Counted from the first letter of the stretch, positions 1 to 14,400 are shown. The stretch is 64,000 nucleotides of DNA from Macrostomum hystrix (GCA_950097015.1 CATNEN010000039.1:5456001-5520000); one strand, 5' to 3'. Notes: generated from the sequence alone by a model not told the origin. Program-made: numbers and translations.

Positions 1-362
1 CTAACCTAGCATTAATAACAAATCCCTCTAAGGCAAAAAGACGCTCACACTACACGATCTGCAATATTTCTTTAGAATCTCACTCCTACTTTTTCGACTA
101 GATTTCCACTTTAAAACATACTTTTCTACATGTCATTGTAAAATTAATATTACATGCAATAAAGTTTGATCAACTGACGAACTTAGTTGGTCTCACAAGC
201 CGGCCAGTGTCAAGAAACGTACTTCGCCGACAAGGCTACTGCAGTCGGGCGAGGAAACAAATGAAAGGACTGGGGCAAATTCACATTCGATGTGCATGTA
301 ATCGCGTACGTAAGTGGTTCTTCGCCGACGACGGCAAATTGGCCTTCTTAATCTGATATTTA

Positions 363-871
363 CAGTGGCGCAACCAGGTTTTGCCTTAGGGGGGGCGGTC
401 TTTGCGTACATTGCCCTTTGCGTACATTGCCCTTTGCGCACATTGCCCTTTGCGTACATTACCCTTTGCGTACATTGCCCTTTGCGCACATTGCCCTTTG
501 CGTACATTGCCCTGTTGCGTACATTGCCCCGCGGGTCGAAGGGGGTCGGCCGCCAGGTGGAGCGCGCTCTGTTTCGCGGTTTTCGCCCATCGTTCCTGGG
601 CCAATTTCAAGGGCCGGTAGGGTAGGGCCCAGACGATTTAAAAGGTTTAAAAAATCAGAACGCACGCACGATTATAATGAAAGCTTGAAAATTAATATAT
701 GACCAATGGTCTTGGACTTGCTCTTTGGTCATGTACGTTGGACTTGGGGGACAGGGAATGAGATAAGGTAATAAATTAAGAAGCGTCTTGGCTTGCCCTT
801 TGCGTACATTGCCCTGCGGGCCGAATCGGGGGGCGGCCGCCACCCCCGCCCCCCCCCTGGTTGCGCCACTG
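363..871. mobile_element. hAT-type non-autonomous DNA transposon (MITE), 509 bp, with an internal 16-bp tandem repeat
   Basis: Perfect 16-bp TIRs CAGTGGCGCAACCAGG (363-378) / CCTGGTTGCGCCACTG (856-871). 8-bp TSD GATATTTA at 355-362 and 872-879. About 8 copies of TTTGCGTACATTGCCC at 401-530, plus another copy near 794-814. An 8-bp TSD with CAG termini is typical of hAT. Confidence 0.9.
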
Positions 872-2056
872 GATATTTAGAGAAAGCGAGAGTTAAAATT
901 TAGGAAAAACAGATAACGTTAAATGAGATGAAAGTTGGCTGACTCAGCTCACGGTATACCCACCGGCGGGGAAGTAGTCTAGCCGGTGGCCTGAGAAACT
1001 ATACACTCGTTGGGTGTGGCCGTCTCGTAGGCTCAATGTATTTTCACGCAGGGGGGCCGTAGACTAGTCAGTGCATCGCCGGCGATTGGCCGAATTGCCG
1101 AATTGCGAATGTAATGATTTAATCATGGGAATTGTGATAGTAACGCTACAGTCAAGGCTTAAGCGAAGAATTATTTTCTTTTTCTATTCAAATAAGTGAT
1201 TACAAAAACGAACGCAAAGAAAAGAAAGCATTTCGGCGCAACTCTGGGGTCATTTCATATATCCACGAAGCTCTCGATTGCTTCAAATTTTTAACAAATG
1301 TAAACTTAGATGATTTTTTGTTCCTTTAAGCTCTTGAAGAAAAAAATGACATTGTACTCTATATTCTGTAACAAATTTCATTAATCCTAATTTAGAATTG
1401 CTGTGTAAGAAACTGCAAATCAGCTGTTATCCTCTATTTTTGTGAACATTGCAATGATTGCTTCTTTCCTTCCAGTTCACGCATTATTTTTGCTCAGCGT
1501 TCTATATCATTATTTTAAGCTTTCCAAGACACTAATTGTGTGCTTTTAATCAAAGGCATACTTTGTTGGATGATTCATTTAGTACATTTACTCTTTCGCA
1601 TGTGGGGTCTGGGGTCTCCAGTGAAATTTCTGTTCTTCTAAGTTATTATCACTTGCAGTTAGTGTCTGCTAACTAACATACCGGCCACCTCTCCACTTTT
1701 GGCAGATTTTTTGAATAACATGTAGGGGCCTAGCTATGTAGGTATGTAGCTACCTAGTAGGCCCTAGCTAACAAATTGCAAGGATAGACACAGGCATAGG
1801 CCTCTATCCATAGTAGTCCCTACTACAGATAATAACATAACATAATGTCATGGAGTAGTAATTAACTGAAATATTAATGATACCATCATCTACTATCATG
1901 TAGCAATGATGCGATGCCTATTTAGATTAAATAAAGAAATAGTGAGTACAACATTTTTATAAACTTGTAGGTTATTAGCCTACTCTTACTACATATTTAT
2001 CTAGATTCTAGCCTAGCTAGCATTTATAGCCAAAGCTAGGGCCTATTGATTGAAGT

Positions 2057-2306
2057 CATACATGTGCAACCTCCCAAATCTTAGCTGGCCGTGCGACTTA
2101 GTTTTTGCTCTATTTACGACTTAGTTTGCTCTCATTTGCTCTATTTTTCTCTCCCCTTTTTCCTCTTCTTCACGCCTTCCTTTTTGTCCCTTAGTCCCCC
2201 CTTTGATTTTTTTGTGCTTGGTTGATTGGTTTTTGCAACTTACCTTGCTTGGCCCTCATTTCACCCAGCTGGTTTGGCTGGTTCAGCTTGGTGTTGCACA
2301 TGTATG
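2057..2306. mobile_element. hAT-type MITE, 250 bp
   Basis: 14-bp TIRs CATACATGTGCAAC (2057-2070) / GTTGCACATGTATG (2293-2306). 8-bp TSD ATTGAAGT at 2049-2056 and 2307-2314. Confidence 0.88.
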
Positions 2307-3650
2307 ATTGAAGTTGGCCTAAATTTTACAATAATGATACAATAATATTATAATAGGGCATGGCCACCTGGCTACCCTACAAACAATGAAAAGTTGGCCT
2401 AGCCAAGCTTTCTAGCTAGCTAGAATAGCTTCTTAGCTTCTAAAAATTAAATTATATTATATCTTGGCTAGCTATGCCCTAATTTTCATCTTAATGTTTA
2501 TTTTTCTTTGGATTACTCTTGGCCTTCAAGAATCCTAAAAGATAGCAGGCTTGACATGTCATGGATGATATGCATAAAATTTGAAGGTCAATATTTAATT
2601 GAAGCCAAGAAATTTCTATACTAGCTAAGTTTGATTGTTTGATTATAGTGTGAAATGTCACATTGCCTAAACATTTTCACCCAAGGCCCTAGCCTTGACA
2701 GACATATTGAGTAGGCCTACTAGTTAGACTCTAAGAGCCAGTCTAGGCCATAGTTTAGATGACTTGGTGTGTTATAAGCTACTGCTAGCTAGCTATAGTT
2801 AAAATTGAACTCCCAATTGAAGTGAATATACAGAGTCTATGCAAGGTCTATGTAGATAGCATATTGTATACTTAATGAAATCTGTTGATTAGCTGCATCA
2901 ATTATAATGGATTTCCCTATATCCCTATGATAAAAGATTGCCTTAATATGCTTCACTGGGTTTCCTCACAAGTTAAGATTTGTTCCAATGTGGATTTAGC
3001 CATAAAATCTAAATAATAAGCATTGTCTAGAGCTTTATAGTATCCCCTTATTATTTTTGTTATTATCTACTACAAATAAAGATGTTTTAATTTTTTATAC
3101 AATATGCACATATCTTATGTTGTCTACATTTGAAAGAAGTATTTGAATAAATATTTTAGAATTTGTTTTGCTAGTTTAATATTGTTACTCAATAATTTAA
3201 TCCAGTAAATAGCTATATTGACAAGTATTATAATAGTTATTTCATTCAATTAGGTATATATTGCTTGCTAAATGTTGTAAAGTAGGCATATTCCTTTTCT
3301 CAACTAGAGTCACTAGATCATTCATATATATATATATATATATCATGGCTTTACTTATAGCAACATGCTGATCAGACTTATTTTTTACTTTTTTATTGAT
3401 TTATTATTTATATGTTTAAAAATATTCCAAAAAAACTTATTTCAATGTTTTCAGAAATTTATTCTGCTTATCCTGCTATGCACCCAGATTTATCCATATG
3501 GCAAGGAGAAACAAAAAACCTTCTTGTCTGACTCAGCCAAGCAAGTCTAATTCGTCTGCTAGTACTAAGTGAGTTCTAGAAGACCTTTTGTAATGTAGCT
3601 TTGTTACAATTGCACACGGTTTTCTTGGAATGTTGAAGTGGTTGACTTAT

Positions 3651-5300
3651 TTGATGATGCAGATATAGCATTTTGCTCCAAAGGAACCAGTTGATGATGC
3701 AGATATAGCATTGTGCTCCAAAGGAACCAATTGATGATGCAGATGAAGCATTGTGCTCCAAAGGAACCAGTTGATGATGCAGATGTAGCATTGTGCTCCA
3801 AAGGAACCAGTTGATGATGCAGATGTAGCATTGTGCTCCAAAGGAACCAATTGATGATGCAGATGTAGCATTGTGCTCCAAAGGAACCAGTTGATGATGC
3901 AGATGTAGCATTGTGCTCCAAAGGAACCAGTTGATGATGCAGATGTAGCATTGTGCTCCAAAGGAACCAGTTGATGATGCAGATGTAGCATTGTGCTCCA
4001 AAGGAACCAATTGATGATGCAGATGTAGCATTGTGCTCCAAAGGAACCAGTTGATGATGCAGATGTAGCATTGTGCTCCAAAGGAACCAGTTGATGATGC
4101 AGATGTAGCATTGTGCTCCAAAGAACCAGTTTTTGATGCAGATGTAGCATTGTGCTCCAAAGGAACCAGTTGATGATGCAGATGTAGCATTGTGCTCCAA
4201 AGGAACCAATTGATGATGCAGATGTAGCATTGTGCTCCAAAGGAACCAGTTGATGATGCAGATGTAGCATTGTGCTCCAAAGGAACCAGTTGATGATGCA
4301 GATGTAGCATTGTGCTCCAAAGGAACCAGTTGATGATGCAGATGTAGCATTGTGCTCCAAAGAACCAGTTTTTGATGCAGATGTAGCATTGTGCTCCAAA
4401 GGAACCAGTTGATGATGCAGATGTAGCATTGTGCTCCAAAGGAACCAATTGTTAATGCAGATGTAGCATTGTGCTCCAAAGGAACCAATTGATGATGCAG
4501 ATGTAGCATTGTGCTCCAAAGGAACCAGTTGATGATGCAGATGTAGCATTGTGCTCCAAAGGAACCAGTTGATGATGCAGATGTAGCATTGTGCTCCAAA
4601 GGAACCAATTGATGATGCAGATGTAGCATTGTGCTCCAAAGGAACCAGTTGATGATGTAGATGTAGCATTGTGCTCCAAAGGAACCAGTTGATGATGCAG
4701 ATGTAGCATTGTGCTCCAAAGGAACCAGTTGATGATGCAGATGTAGCATTGTGCTCCAAAGAACCAGTTTTTGATGCAGATGTAGCATTGTGCTCCAAAG
4801 GAACCAGTTGATGATGCAGATGTAGCATTGTGCTCCAAAGGAACCAGTTGATGATGCAGATGTAGCATTGTGCTCCAAAGGAACCAATTGATGATGCAGA
4901 TGTAGCATTGTGCTCCAAAGGAACCAATTGATGATGCAGATGTAGCATTGTGCTCCAAAGGAACCAGTTGATGATGCAGATGTAGCATTGTGCTCCAAAG
5001 GAACCAGTTGATGATGCAGATGAAGCATTGTGCTCCAAAGGAACCAGTTGATGATGCAGATGTAGCATTGTGCTCCAAAGGAACCAATTGATGATGCAGA
5101 TGTAGCATTGTGCTCCAAAGGAACCAATTGATGATGCAGATGTAGCATTGTGCTCCAAAGGAACCAGTTGATGATGCAGATATAGCATTGTGCTCCAAAG
5201 GAACCAATTGATGATGCAGATGTAGCATTGTGCTCCAAAGGAACCAATTGATGATGCAGATGTAGCATTGTGCTCCAAAGGAACCAGTTGATGATGCAGA
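3651..5300. repeat. 40-bp minisatellite, about 41 copies
   Basis: Unit TTGATGATGCAGATGTAGCATTGTGCTCCAAAGGAACCAG. A 39-bp variant (AAAGAACCAGTTTTTG) recurs near 4121, 4360 and 4760. Confidence 0.97.
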
Positions 5301-5499
5301 TGATGATGATTTGATCTAATGATTTGATAATTATAATTCGTAGTCCAAAGTCAGTTTTTTCCATAGACGTTTTACTTTTGAAGACACTGACACGTAAAAT
5401 TGCACATTCATTGCCTAAATAAATTTTTGACTAGTTTCTACAGCCAAATTAAAATCTGGTATAAAAACTGCTTTGTTTTATAGTTACCTGAAAACAAGC

Positions 5500-8400
5500 A
5501 TGTCATCATTTCCAACATTCAGATCCAAGTCGAAATCGGCAACGCAACAACCAGCTGGTCAAGGTCAGAGCAAGTCTTCAACTGTAAGTACTTTAAACAT
5601 TTTCCTGTGTTTATTAGAATTAGCATGACTCAACAGAGAAATGCACCGAGCGCTTCTGATAATTTTTGTCGTTTGCAGAGTCGCAAGCGGACCAGAGCAG
5701 TTGGCGGCGCATCTAGCGAATCCCAACAGCACCAACAGCAGTCTTCTTCTTCCTCATCTTCTTCTGCTGCCTCTTCTACTGCCGCAGAGTCTCCGATCGC
5801 TACTCAAAGTAGTAATCAGCAGCAGCGTCTACTGCGCAGCGGTCCGTCCTCTGCAAGCGCTCAGGCCACCGATCCTCAAGCGTCGAGGTGAGAATTATTA
5901 ATAGCTTTATTTTTATTCATTGTTGGTCCTCCGTGATTGTTCAGTTTGTGAGGGATAGCTGGTCCTCCGTGATTGTTTAGTTTGTGAGGGATAGCTGGTC
6001 CTCCGTCATTGTTCAGTTTGTGAGGGATAGCTGGTCCTCCGTGATTGTTTAGTTTGTGAGGGATAGCTGGTCCTCCGTCATTGTTCAGTTTGTGAGGGAT
6101 AGCTGGTCCTCCGTGATTGTTCAGTTTGTGAGGGATAGCTGGTCCTCCGTCATTGTTCAGTTTGTGAGGGATAGCTGGTCCTCCGTCATTGTTCAGTTTG
6201 TGAGGGATAGCTGGTCCTCCGTGATTGTTCAGTTTGTGGGGGATAGCTGGTCCTCCGTGATTGTTCAGTTTGTGAGGGATAGCTGGTCCTCCGTGATTGT
6301 TCAGTTTGTGGGGGATAGCTGGTCCTCCGTGATTGTTTATTTGTGAGTGATAGCTGGTCCTCCGTGATTGTTCAGTTTGTGGGGGATAGCTGGTCCTCCG
6401 TGATTGTTTATTTGTGAGTGATAGTGAGTCTTCTAGTATGTAAATTATTTATAAATATGTTTAAAGTAACTTATAATATTCTTCAAGCAACTGGTCATGA
6501 CATTAAAGCAAATTGAGTCCTGTCAGAAAGACTGACTAGTTGTGTTTCGCTGCGAGCATTACTGTAGCTACTTGGTTAAAGAATTTAGTGATTCGAATTT
6601 TGAAATAGCTGAAGCAATGTCTAAGATCTTGGGCATTTTTTTCACTGCGCTTTTACTTCCTGTTTGAGTCAGCTGTCATCTCTTTCTCTCCATGGGATCA
6701 ATGAGCATTGCTGGGTATTCTAATTTCCTATTTCGATATCTCCCTCAGCAACACCCCCTCCTTCGTTTTCCTTTCTCCCGTAGAGAGATGGGTAAAATTC
6801 ATTCAATTATCGCAGCAAAGGCTCTGATGTCTAAAGCTATTTGCTTAGTCCACGCCCTGCACCTGTTGCCAGATCTGTGCCAGTTAAGAAGCGAGCTCGT
6901 CTAGGCAGCGACTCGGCTCCCGCTGACTCACCTGGATTGTCGGCTGTGACGCAAGCGGCTGCACTAACCAGCTCAGTTGTCGGCGTCGCCAATAATTCCA
7001 GCAGCTCCGCCGGCGTCGGCGCCTCTGGTAGTCAGGCGGCCGCGGCGGCTGTCTCGGCCGCTTTCGGATTCAGCCTACAACAGCAGGCGCACAGTTGGGC
7101 GTCAACTTGGCACAGTTATACCAGGTGAGTCATTTGCTCAAACTAAACTTATCCGACTCTAGCATTGAAAGTTCTTGAGTTCGAATCCGCACTTGAGGAC
7201 CAACATCCAAGGCACCGTGAAAGTGTAGACTGCCTGACGATGAGCAAATAATAATTAGTGAACCTCCTCATTGGCCGCTGATAGACTTGGTCCTCTAAAG
7301 AATGCATCAATGCCCGCAGCACCAAATCAATATTATTATTATGTTATTATACAAGTATTATTATATTTTTAGTTGATAAACAATCGCCTTCTGACGTCGC
7401 TTGTTCTGAAAAAAGTAGCAGCAAAAAAACTCAAAAAAATATGCCTTTAATCCTCAAAATCCACAATCGAAACTCCCCAAACTGCACGATCCCGTGCCAT
7501 TCATACCTCTGTTCAACCCTGGTTTTATCTGCAGACATCACCAACAACAGCAGCAGCAGCAAGCAGCCAGATCCGGGGTTTCTCATTCTGCTTTAACCTC
7601 CGACGTAGTCATGTCCGATTCTGCTTCGAATTCCTCGGCTGCAGCAGCTGCCGCCGCAGCCGCTGCAGCCGCCGCGGCTGGCGCCGACCGTCTGCAGATG
7701 CCTCTGCTACCGCCACCACCACCGCCGCCTCAGCTGACATCGTCCAGCAGTGTGTCAGCATCGTCAATGCCGTCGGTGCCGCATTCGTCCGCCTCCGCCT
7801 CAGCGTCATCGTCCGCCGCATTTGGCTCAGCCGCCTCCGCCTCGCTGCTGCTCCAACGCTACGGCTTCTCCGAGGCAGCCGCGGCCGCGGCAGCCGCCTC
7901 CGGGCCCGAGGAACTGCGCCGACTCGAACAGCTGCTGGAGGCCAACGCGTCATTCCTTGGCGCCCACGTACACCAGCTGATTGCTGGCCGACTGTCATCA
8001 GGTAGTGCTCACCGAGCCCACCAGCTGCTCATGGAACTTCAAGAATCCGACGCTGCCTCCGCGGCCCTTGGTGGCGGAGGCACCGCTTCCAGCCGTGCAG
8101 CGAACGCCTACGGCTTCGGCGGCGGCGGCGGCTTCGCCGAAGATGACAGCATTAGCGCCGAAAGCGCCAGCGATGTGGCCGCACTGCAGGATTTGCACCA
8201 GATGCTGCTGATGGGCAATGAGGACACTCTTGCCGGATTTCCAGTAAAAACTGCGGTGCCTCTGCTAACTAAACGGTTGCGGCATTCGGCCCTCCGAGTG
8301 AGCTACCTGGCCTGCCAGTGCCTGCACTGCCTTCTGGACCGGCTGCCGCGCTCCTCGGCTGCCGTGCTGGAAGCGCTGCCGGATCTGCTGGAGAAGGCGC

Positions 8401-11400
8401 AGCCGCTGGAGGTGACATTTTATGCTGTATATTTTATTCTGGGGTATTGGGATAATAATAATTGCAGGATGGCTGTGGGCAATGACACATCATTTGGTGA
8501 CACTAGATCCTCAGCCAACGAGGCGGCAATGCTGCCCATTCCGCTGACTCCTGAGATACTGTACACACTCACTTTGTCACTTTGACACGCCTGCCAGCAG
8601 TCACTTTGACACTCCTGCCAACTGTCACTTTGGCACCCCTGCCAGCAGTCACTTTGACACGCCTGCCAACTGTCACTTTGACACCCCTGCCAGCAGTCAC
8701 TTTGACACGCCTGCCAACTGTCACTTTGACACTCCTGCCAACTGTCACTTTGGCACCCCTGCCAACTGTTACTTCTCATCCAGGTGATTGATGTCGCAGA
8801 GAAAGCCCTTTCCGCCGTGGAGTTGCTCTCGCGCCGTCACGGTCGGGCTGTTCTTCTAGCCGGCGGCGTCTCCGCCTGCCTGCGCCACGTGGACTTCTTT
8901 ACCGCCGACATGCAGGCCCGCGCACTGTCCGTAGCCGCCAACTGCCTTCAGCACGCTCGGCCTGCCGACTATCACCTGGTCAGCGACTGCGTGCCGCTGC
9001 TCACTGACCGCCTCCGGGTGCCGGATCAGCGCGTCGCCGAGCTGGCCGCAGCCTGCCTTGGCCGCCTGCTGGACAGCTGCCAGTCCGACCGGCGCCTCCT
9101 GGCCCGCCTGGCCTGCCGCTCCGACCTTCTGGCCAGCCTTCAACAGCTGCTGCTCCTGACCTGCGGCAGCGGCAACAGTGGCGCTTTTGTTGCCGCGGCT
9201 GGTGCGCTCCGAGCTGCCTGCTCCGGCTGCCCGGAGGTGGCCGTGCGGCTGCTTCGCGACGGCGGCCTCGCCGACAGTCTTCGCTACCTGCTGGCTAGCA
9301 GTGTTGGCGCCGGCTCCGGTGTTGGCGGCTCGGCAGCCGCTGCGGCCGCCTCCGCTAACGGCCTTGAAGTTGTTCGGCTGCTGTGCGAGCTGCTGCCGCC
9401 GGCGCCGCCCAGTCCTCTTGACGCCTGGTGGCAGACGGCGCCTGTTGCTGTTGCTGCGTCGACTACATCGGCGGCACCTGCGTCTTCGCTGTCTGTCGCG
9501 GCTTCCGGGTCGCCTTCAGCCGGTGCCTGCGCCGTTCAATGGCAATGGCGCGACGACAGCGGCGCCTGGGTGGCCTACGCGCCTGAGGCCATCAGAGCCA
9601 TCGAGCTGGCTTATCGGTCCTGCGGGGGCGGCACCGCTAGCGTTGGCCACGGCGGAGTTGCGCTTGGCCACACTGAGGTGTCAATCACGGTAGCCGGTCG
9701 ACCCTATCTTATCGATCTGGTGCGGGGCGAGCAGGTAAAATAGAAAGCTTCTGTTGTGACCTGGGAAATTGTGAACAAGTGAGCCAAAAATCCCATATAT
9801 TTACAGGTGAACGAAGACACGGGCAGTACGCGGCCAATACAACGCCGCCTAGTTATTGAACATCCTCAGCAGCAGCAGCAACGTCAGTCATCCTACTCCA
9901 TATCGTCATCGGCACCTCCCACATCCGCCTCCACCGACGCTCGCGCTGAATTGCTAGCCAACGGCGGCGACTTGGCCAGCCGACTCGTCAGCTCGCTGCT
10001 GGCGCCACTGCTGGAAGCTCTGGCCGATTCCCCCAGTCAGCCACTTCGTCTGGCCTGCCTGCAGGCACTGATTCGACTAACCAGCACCGGCCATCCGGGC
10101 CTTCTCTGTCCGGGCCTCGGCGCACTTCTGCCCGGACCAGCTTGCTGTCTGGCAGCCCTGCTAGTGGGCCGCGATGTCCGCCTGGCTGCCGGAGCCGTCC
10201 AGCTGACTGGCCAGCTGTTGCTGCATCTCGGCCAGCAGCTGCCAGGCCTGGCAGTCTGTCTTCGCCGGCACGGCGTCGCTCACGGTCTTGAAAGAATCGC
10301 AAATGGCGAGCATCCCCTGTTTCAGCTAGCGGCACAGCAGCCGCAGCCGCCAACTGAGCCAGAGTCTCAGCAGCGTCGTCGGCGCAGTCGGCATCAGCCC
10401 GCTCCGCCGCAGCCACTGCCGCCGACGCCAGCATTGCAGTCAGGTGGTGTCAATGCCGCTTCAGCTTCGTCAATCTCTGAGAGCCTTCGAGCTGCCGTAC
10501 GCGAAGAAGCAGCCCGGCTGCTGCAACGATATCGCCAGCTGACGGCTTCTGTTGACGCCGCCGCGGTCGATGATGCAGCATCGAATGCCGCTAATAGACT
10601 GGCTCAGCTGGCTCGTCGCCTGCCCGACGGAATGCAAGAGCTTGCCAGTTTGATGTCTGGCAATCAGAAGCAGCAGCAAGTGCTAAGACATCAGCGTCGG
10701 CGACATCGTTCAGGGTCTGCCGCCGCCACCGCTGACATCTGCGATCTGAGTCCATTCGAGCTACTGAACTGCGGCCTTCTGCCGCGCCTCCTCCGCTACT
10801 TGTGTCAGCCGGACCAGCGGCTGCGCCCGCTGCGCGACCTCCTGGCCGCATTCGGTGTCCATCAGCGCCGTCCGCCGCTTGCCTTCCGCGCCCTAATCGG
10901 CCGCCTGCTGGCCTGCCTGCACCAGGCTGCCGACTTGTTTCCGCTTCGTGACACCGCTTCGCTTGGCCTGCTGGCTGGCCGGCAGCTGCGCTGTCGATTG
11001 GTGCGTCATCAGCCTAGCTCTGCTGGCGCTTCGGCCGCCTCCGCCGTCGTAGCCGCCACCTCCGCTGGCCCTGTCCGCGTGGACCCGCTGGCCCTGGTGC
11101 GCACAGTTGAGCGATACCTGGCCGACCGATTGGCCGACTTCGAGGATGACGACGATGATGATGACGATGACGAAGACGACGACGACGAAGAAGCGGCAGG
11201 TGCTGACGGTCGCGTGGCCGGCCTGGCTGCTGGCGAGAACGTTGGCGAAGAATTCGACGACGAAGACGACTTTGAAGAAGACTACGACGATGACGACGAT
11301 TGCGAAGATGATGAAGAGGATGACGGTGATCAGGACGAGGAGCTAGCTGAGGAAGCAGCAAGCGGCGAGACTGCCGCAGCGTCTGGAAATTCTTCGGCTG

Positions 11401-14400
11401 TCTCGCGCAGTCGCAGCGCCGCTGCCAGTCAGCGGCATCGCCAGAGTGCCGGTGGCAGCTTTAGCGGCGAAGGCGCATCCGCATCCGCCTCCAGCTCCGC
11501 GGCTGCTGCCGGAGCCAGCAACTACAGCATGGACAATTACGATGATGAGGAGGGTGACGACGGAGAAGCCGACTTCGACGATGAAGACGACGATCAGCGC
11601 TGGGAAGAAGAAGAGGTCGACGGTGAAGATGACGATTTTGAGGATGAAGGCAGCGGCGCAGCGGGTCGTCAGCGCGACCAGGCGGACCGACGTCGCCGAC
11701 GGCCCCGCTTGGAGCTTCTGATTGGCGACACGGTGCTGCCGTCGGGCATGTCGATGCTGCAAGCTGTGCGGCTCTACTCTCTGGGCATCAACGCCAGCAA
11801 TTCTGACGGTTGCGCTGATGCTTTCGGCCTACCGCCTGGTGGCGAAATCGAAGCCGATGTGGAATTCGACAGTGTCAGCGCGTTGTGGAGCCGGACGCAC
11901 GCAATTTATTATCGCTACCGGCAGCCCTCTTCTCAGCAGCAGCAGCAGCAGCAGCAGCCAGTTGCTGCCGGATCCTCTAGCGGCAATCGTCGGCGCATCG
12001 TCAATCGACGCATTTCATTTTCGACAAGTTCGTCGACGGCGTTGACAACATCATCGACACCCGGCGCCTGGCTGCAGCGATATCAGGATCTGCGGACTCT
12101 AGACAGCGTGCCTGAGCCCTGTCGCTCCGTGCTGGGCCTGCTCAAAGTCCTGTACGGCGCCAACACTCACTATCCGGAACTTTTCGACTCAAATGGCTCT
12201 GGCTTCGGTGTCGGCCTGGCTGCTGAAGCCGCCGCTGACGATGATCGCGGATTGTCGGCTGAGCCGGCTGCGCTTGGCAGTCCTCTATTGCCCCCGGAGG
12301 AATTTGTCAGCGCCAAACTGACGGCGAAGGTAAGGCATTTAGATTGATTGCACTTTCAGTTTTGATTAATGGCACTATCATTCAATATTATTTTTCCCTT
12401 GTGCCGCAGGTCATGCGCCAAGTCCGGGACCCCCTGTCCCTGCTTACGGGCCACACACCGGCCTGGATCAGTCGGCTGGCGTCCACCTGTCCGCACCTGC
12501 TCTCATTTGAAGCGCGCCATCTGCTTCTCTACGTGCTGCACTTTGATCGCGATCGCGCCCTAGCCCGGCTGCACGAAGTCAACGGAGCGGCCGCCGCTGC
12601 AGCCGCAGCCTCAGCCGCCGCAGCTGCTGCCGCTGCCGCCACCGGCGCCACTACAGATCAGGCTGCTAGCGCCGCTGCTGCCGCGGCCGCCGCTGCCGCT
12701 GCTGCCGCTGCCAACGCTTCGTCTTCGTCGTCGTCAACTTCGTCAAACTCCGATATTCAGCATCATCATCATCAGCGTCACCAGCGCCAGCATCAGCAGC
12801 AACAGCAGCAGCAGCAAAGTCGCTGGTTGACTCCACGGCTGGAGAAGCGGCGGAAGACAGTCAGCCGCGGCGATCTGCTGGCCTCAGCCGAGCGCCTACT
12901 TCGCTGTCGCCACGGTCGCAAGCGCGCCGGTGGCGGCGGTCCCCAGCCCCTACTGGAGGTGAGCTACGAAGGCGAAGTTGGCACCGGACTGGGGCCAACT
13001 CTGGAGTTCTACTCTCTTGTTAGTCAAGAATTCGCTCGGCCCGACCTGGGCATGTGGCGCCAGCGTCAGGATCAACAGCGCGAGCTGCTCTATCCTCGCC
13101 CGTCACCCCAGCCCGCTGGCACCGCCGGCCTGCGTCGCCTATGTCGCCGATTTGTCAGCCTTGGCCGCTTCATGGGCCGGGCGCTGGCCGACTCGCGCAA
13201 GCTGGACCTGCCGCTGTCGCCAGCCTTCTACTATTGGTTGCTAGGCAGGGAGGCTGAACTGGCCTCTGGTGGCTATCCGATGATGGCTCTGGTGAGCGCT
13301 TGGTTGTTTGAATGTTTTTGAATCCCAATCAATCTCCAGGTCCCAGATCCGGTAAATATCCTAGACCTAAACACCATCCTTGACCTACAAAGTACTCTTG
13401 AACCTTCTCCATGACCTAGTATTTACTCATTGACATACCAAAAATCGCATCTCGCAGGTGGATCCGGTGCTGGCTCGCACGTGGCGCCAGCTCGCTCAGG
13501 TGGCCGCCAGACGTCGCCAGATCCTGGCCGACCAGTCGCATACGCCGGCCTCTCGCGAGCTGGCGCTGGGCGCCCTGACAGCCGAACTCGGCTGCCCGGT
13601 GGAGGAGCTCGGCCTTGACTTCACCCTGCCAGGCTACGCCTCCGTTGAACTCCTGCCGGGCGGCGCCGGCACCTCCGTCACCCTGGACCGTCTGGACGAA
13701 TACCTGACCCTGTCGGCCAGGTGGACCCTAGCCGACGGTGTGCGACGCCAAATGCGCGCCTTCTTGTCCGGCTTCGATTCCGTCTTCCCCGGCGTCAGGC
13801 GCGGCCTGGCGATGTTTCGGCCTGACGAGCTGGACCTGGTCTTCTGCGGCGCCGGCGTCGAGCAGGACGACTCGGCCTGGCAGCCTGGCGCGCTGGCCGA
13901 GGCCTGCAGGCCAGATCACGGCTACAGCCTGGATAGCAGAGCCGTGCGCCTGCTGTTCAAAGTAATGTCCGAGTTCGGGCCCGCCGAGCGGCGCGACTTT
14001 CTGAAGTTTGTCACCGGCTCGCCACGGCTGCCTGTTGGAGGTGCGGATTCTGTCTGCCTGTCTGTCTGCCTGTCTGTCTGCCTGTCTGTCTGTCTGTCTG
14101 TCTGCCTGTCTGTCTGTCTGTCTATCTGTCTGTTATTAAGAAAAATAATTGAAGGAAAGCTGCGTGCAATGGTACATCATTTGGTGACACTAGACCCGCA
14201 GCCAGCGAGTAGGCAATTCTGCCCATTTCGCTGACTCCCGAGCACACGCGCACACAGATACTGTACGCAGGCACACACTGGTATCACCAATCTTTCTCAT
14301 GTGTAATCTCTGCCCTGACTTTCTCATCGTCAGGCAGTGCACACTTTCACTGTGCCTTGGAGGTTGGCCCTCAAGGGCGTCAGGAAAAAGCCCCCCCAGC

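Noticed and set aside
1700-2900. Region rich in CTAG/AGCT/GGCC words
   Set aside because: No periodicity, ORF or terminal repeats beyond the MITE at 2057-2306, so I cannot support a feature call.
3576-5364. Long minus-strand ORFs of 258-586 aa
   Set aside because: These are translations of a stop-free 40-bp tandem repeat cycling through all frames, with no splice or domain support.
14300-14360. Hammerhead ribozyme (CTGACGA...GAAA on the minus strand, also at about 7234)
   Set aside because: Only 3 nt lie between CUGACGA and GAAA and there is no helix III before the GUC. The segment folds better as a simple hairpin. An HDV-like fit also failed for lack of a P1 partner.
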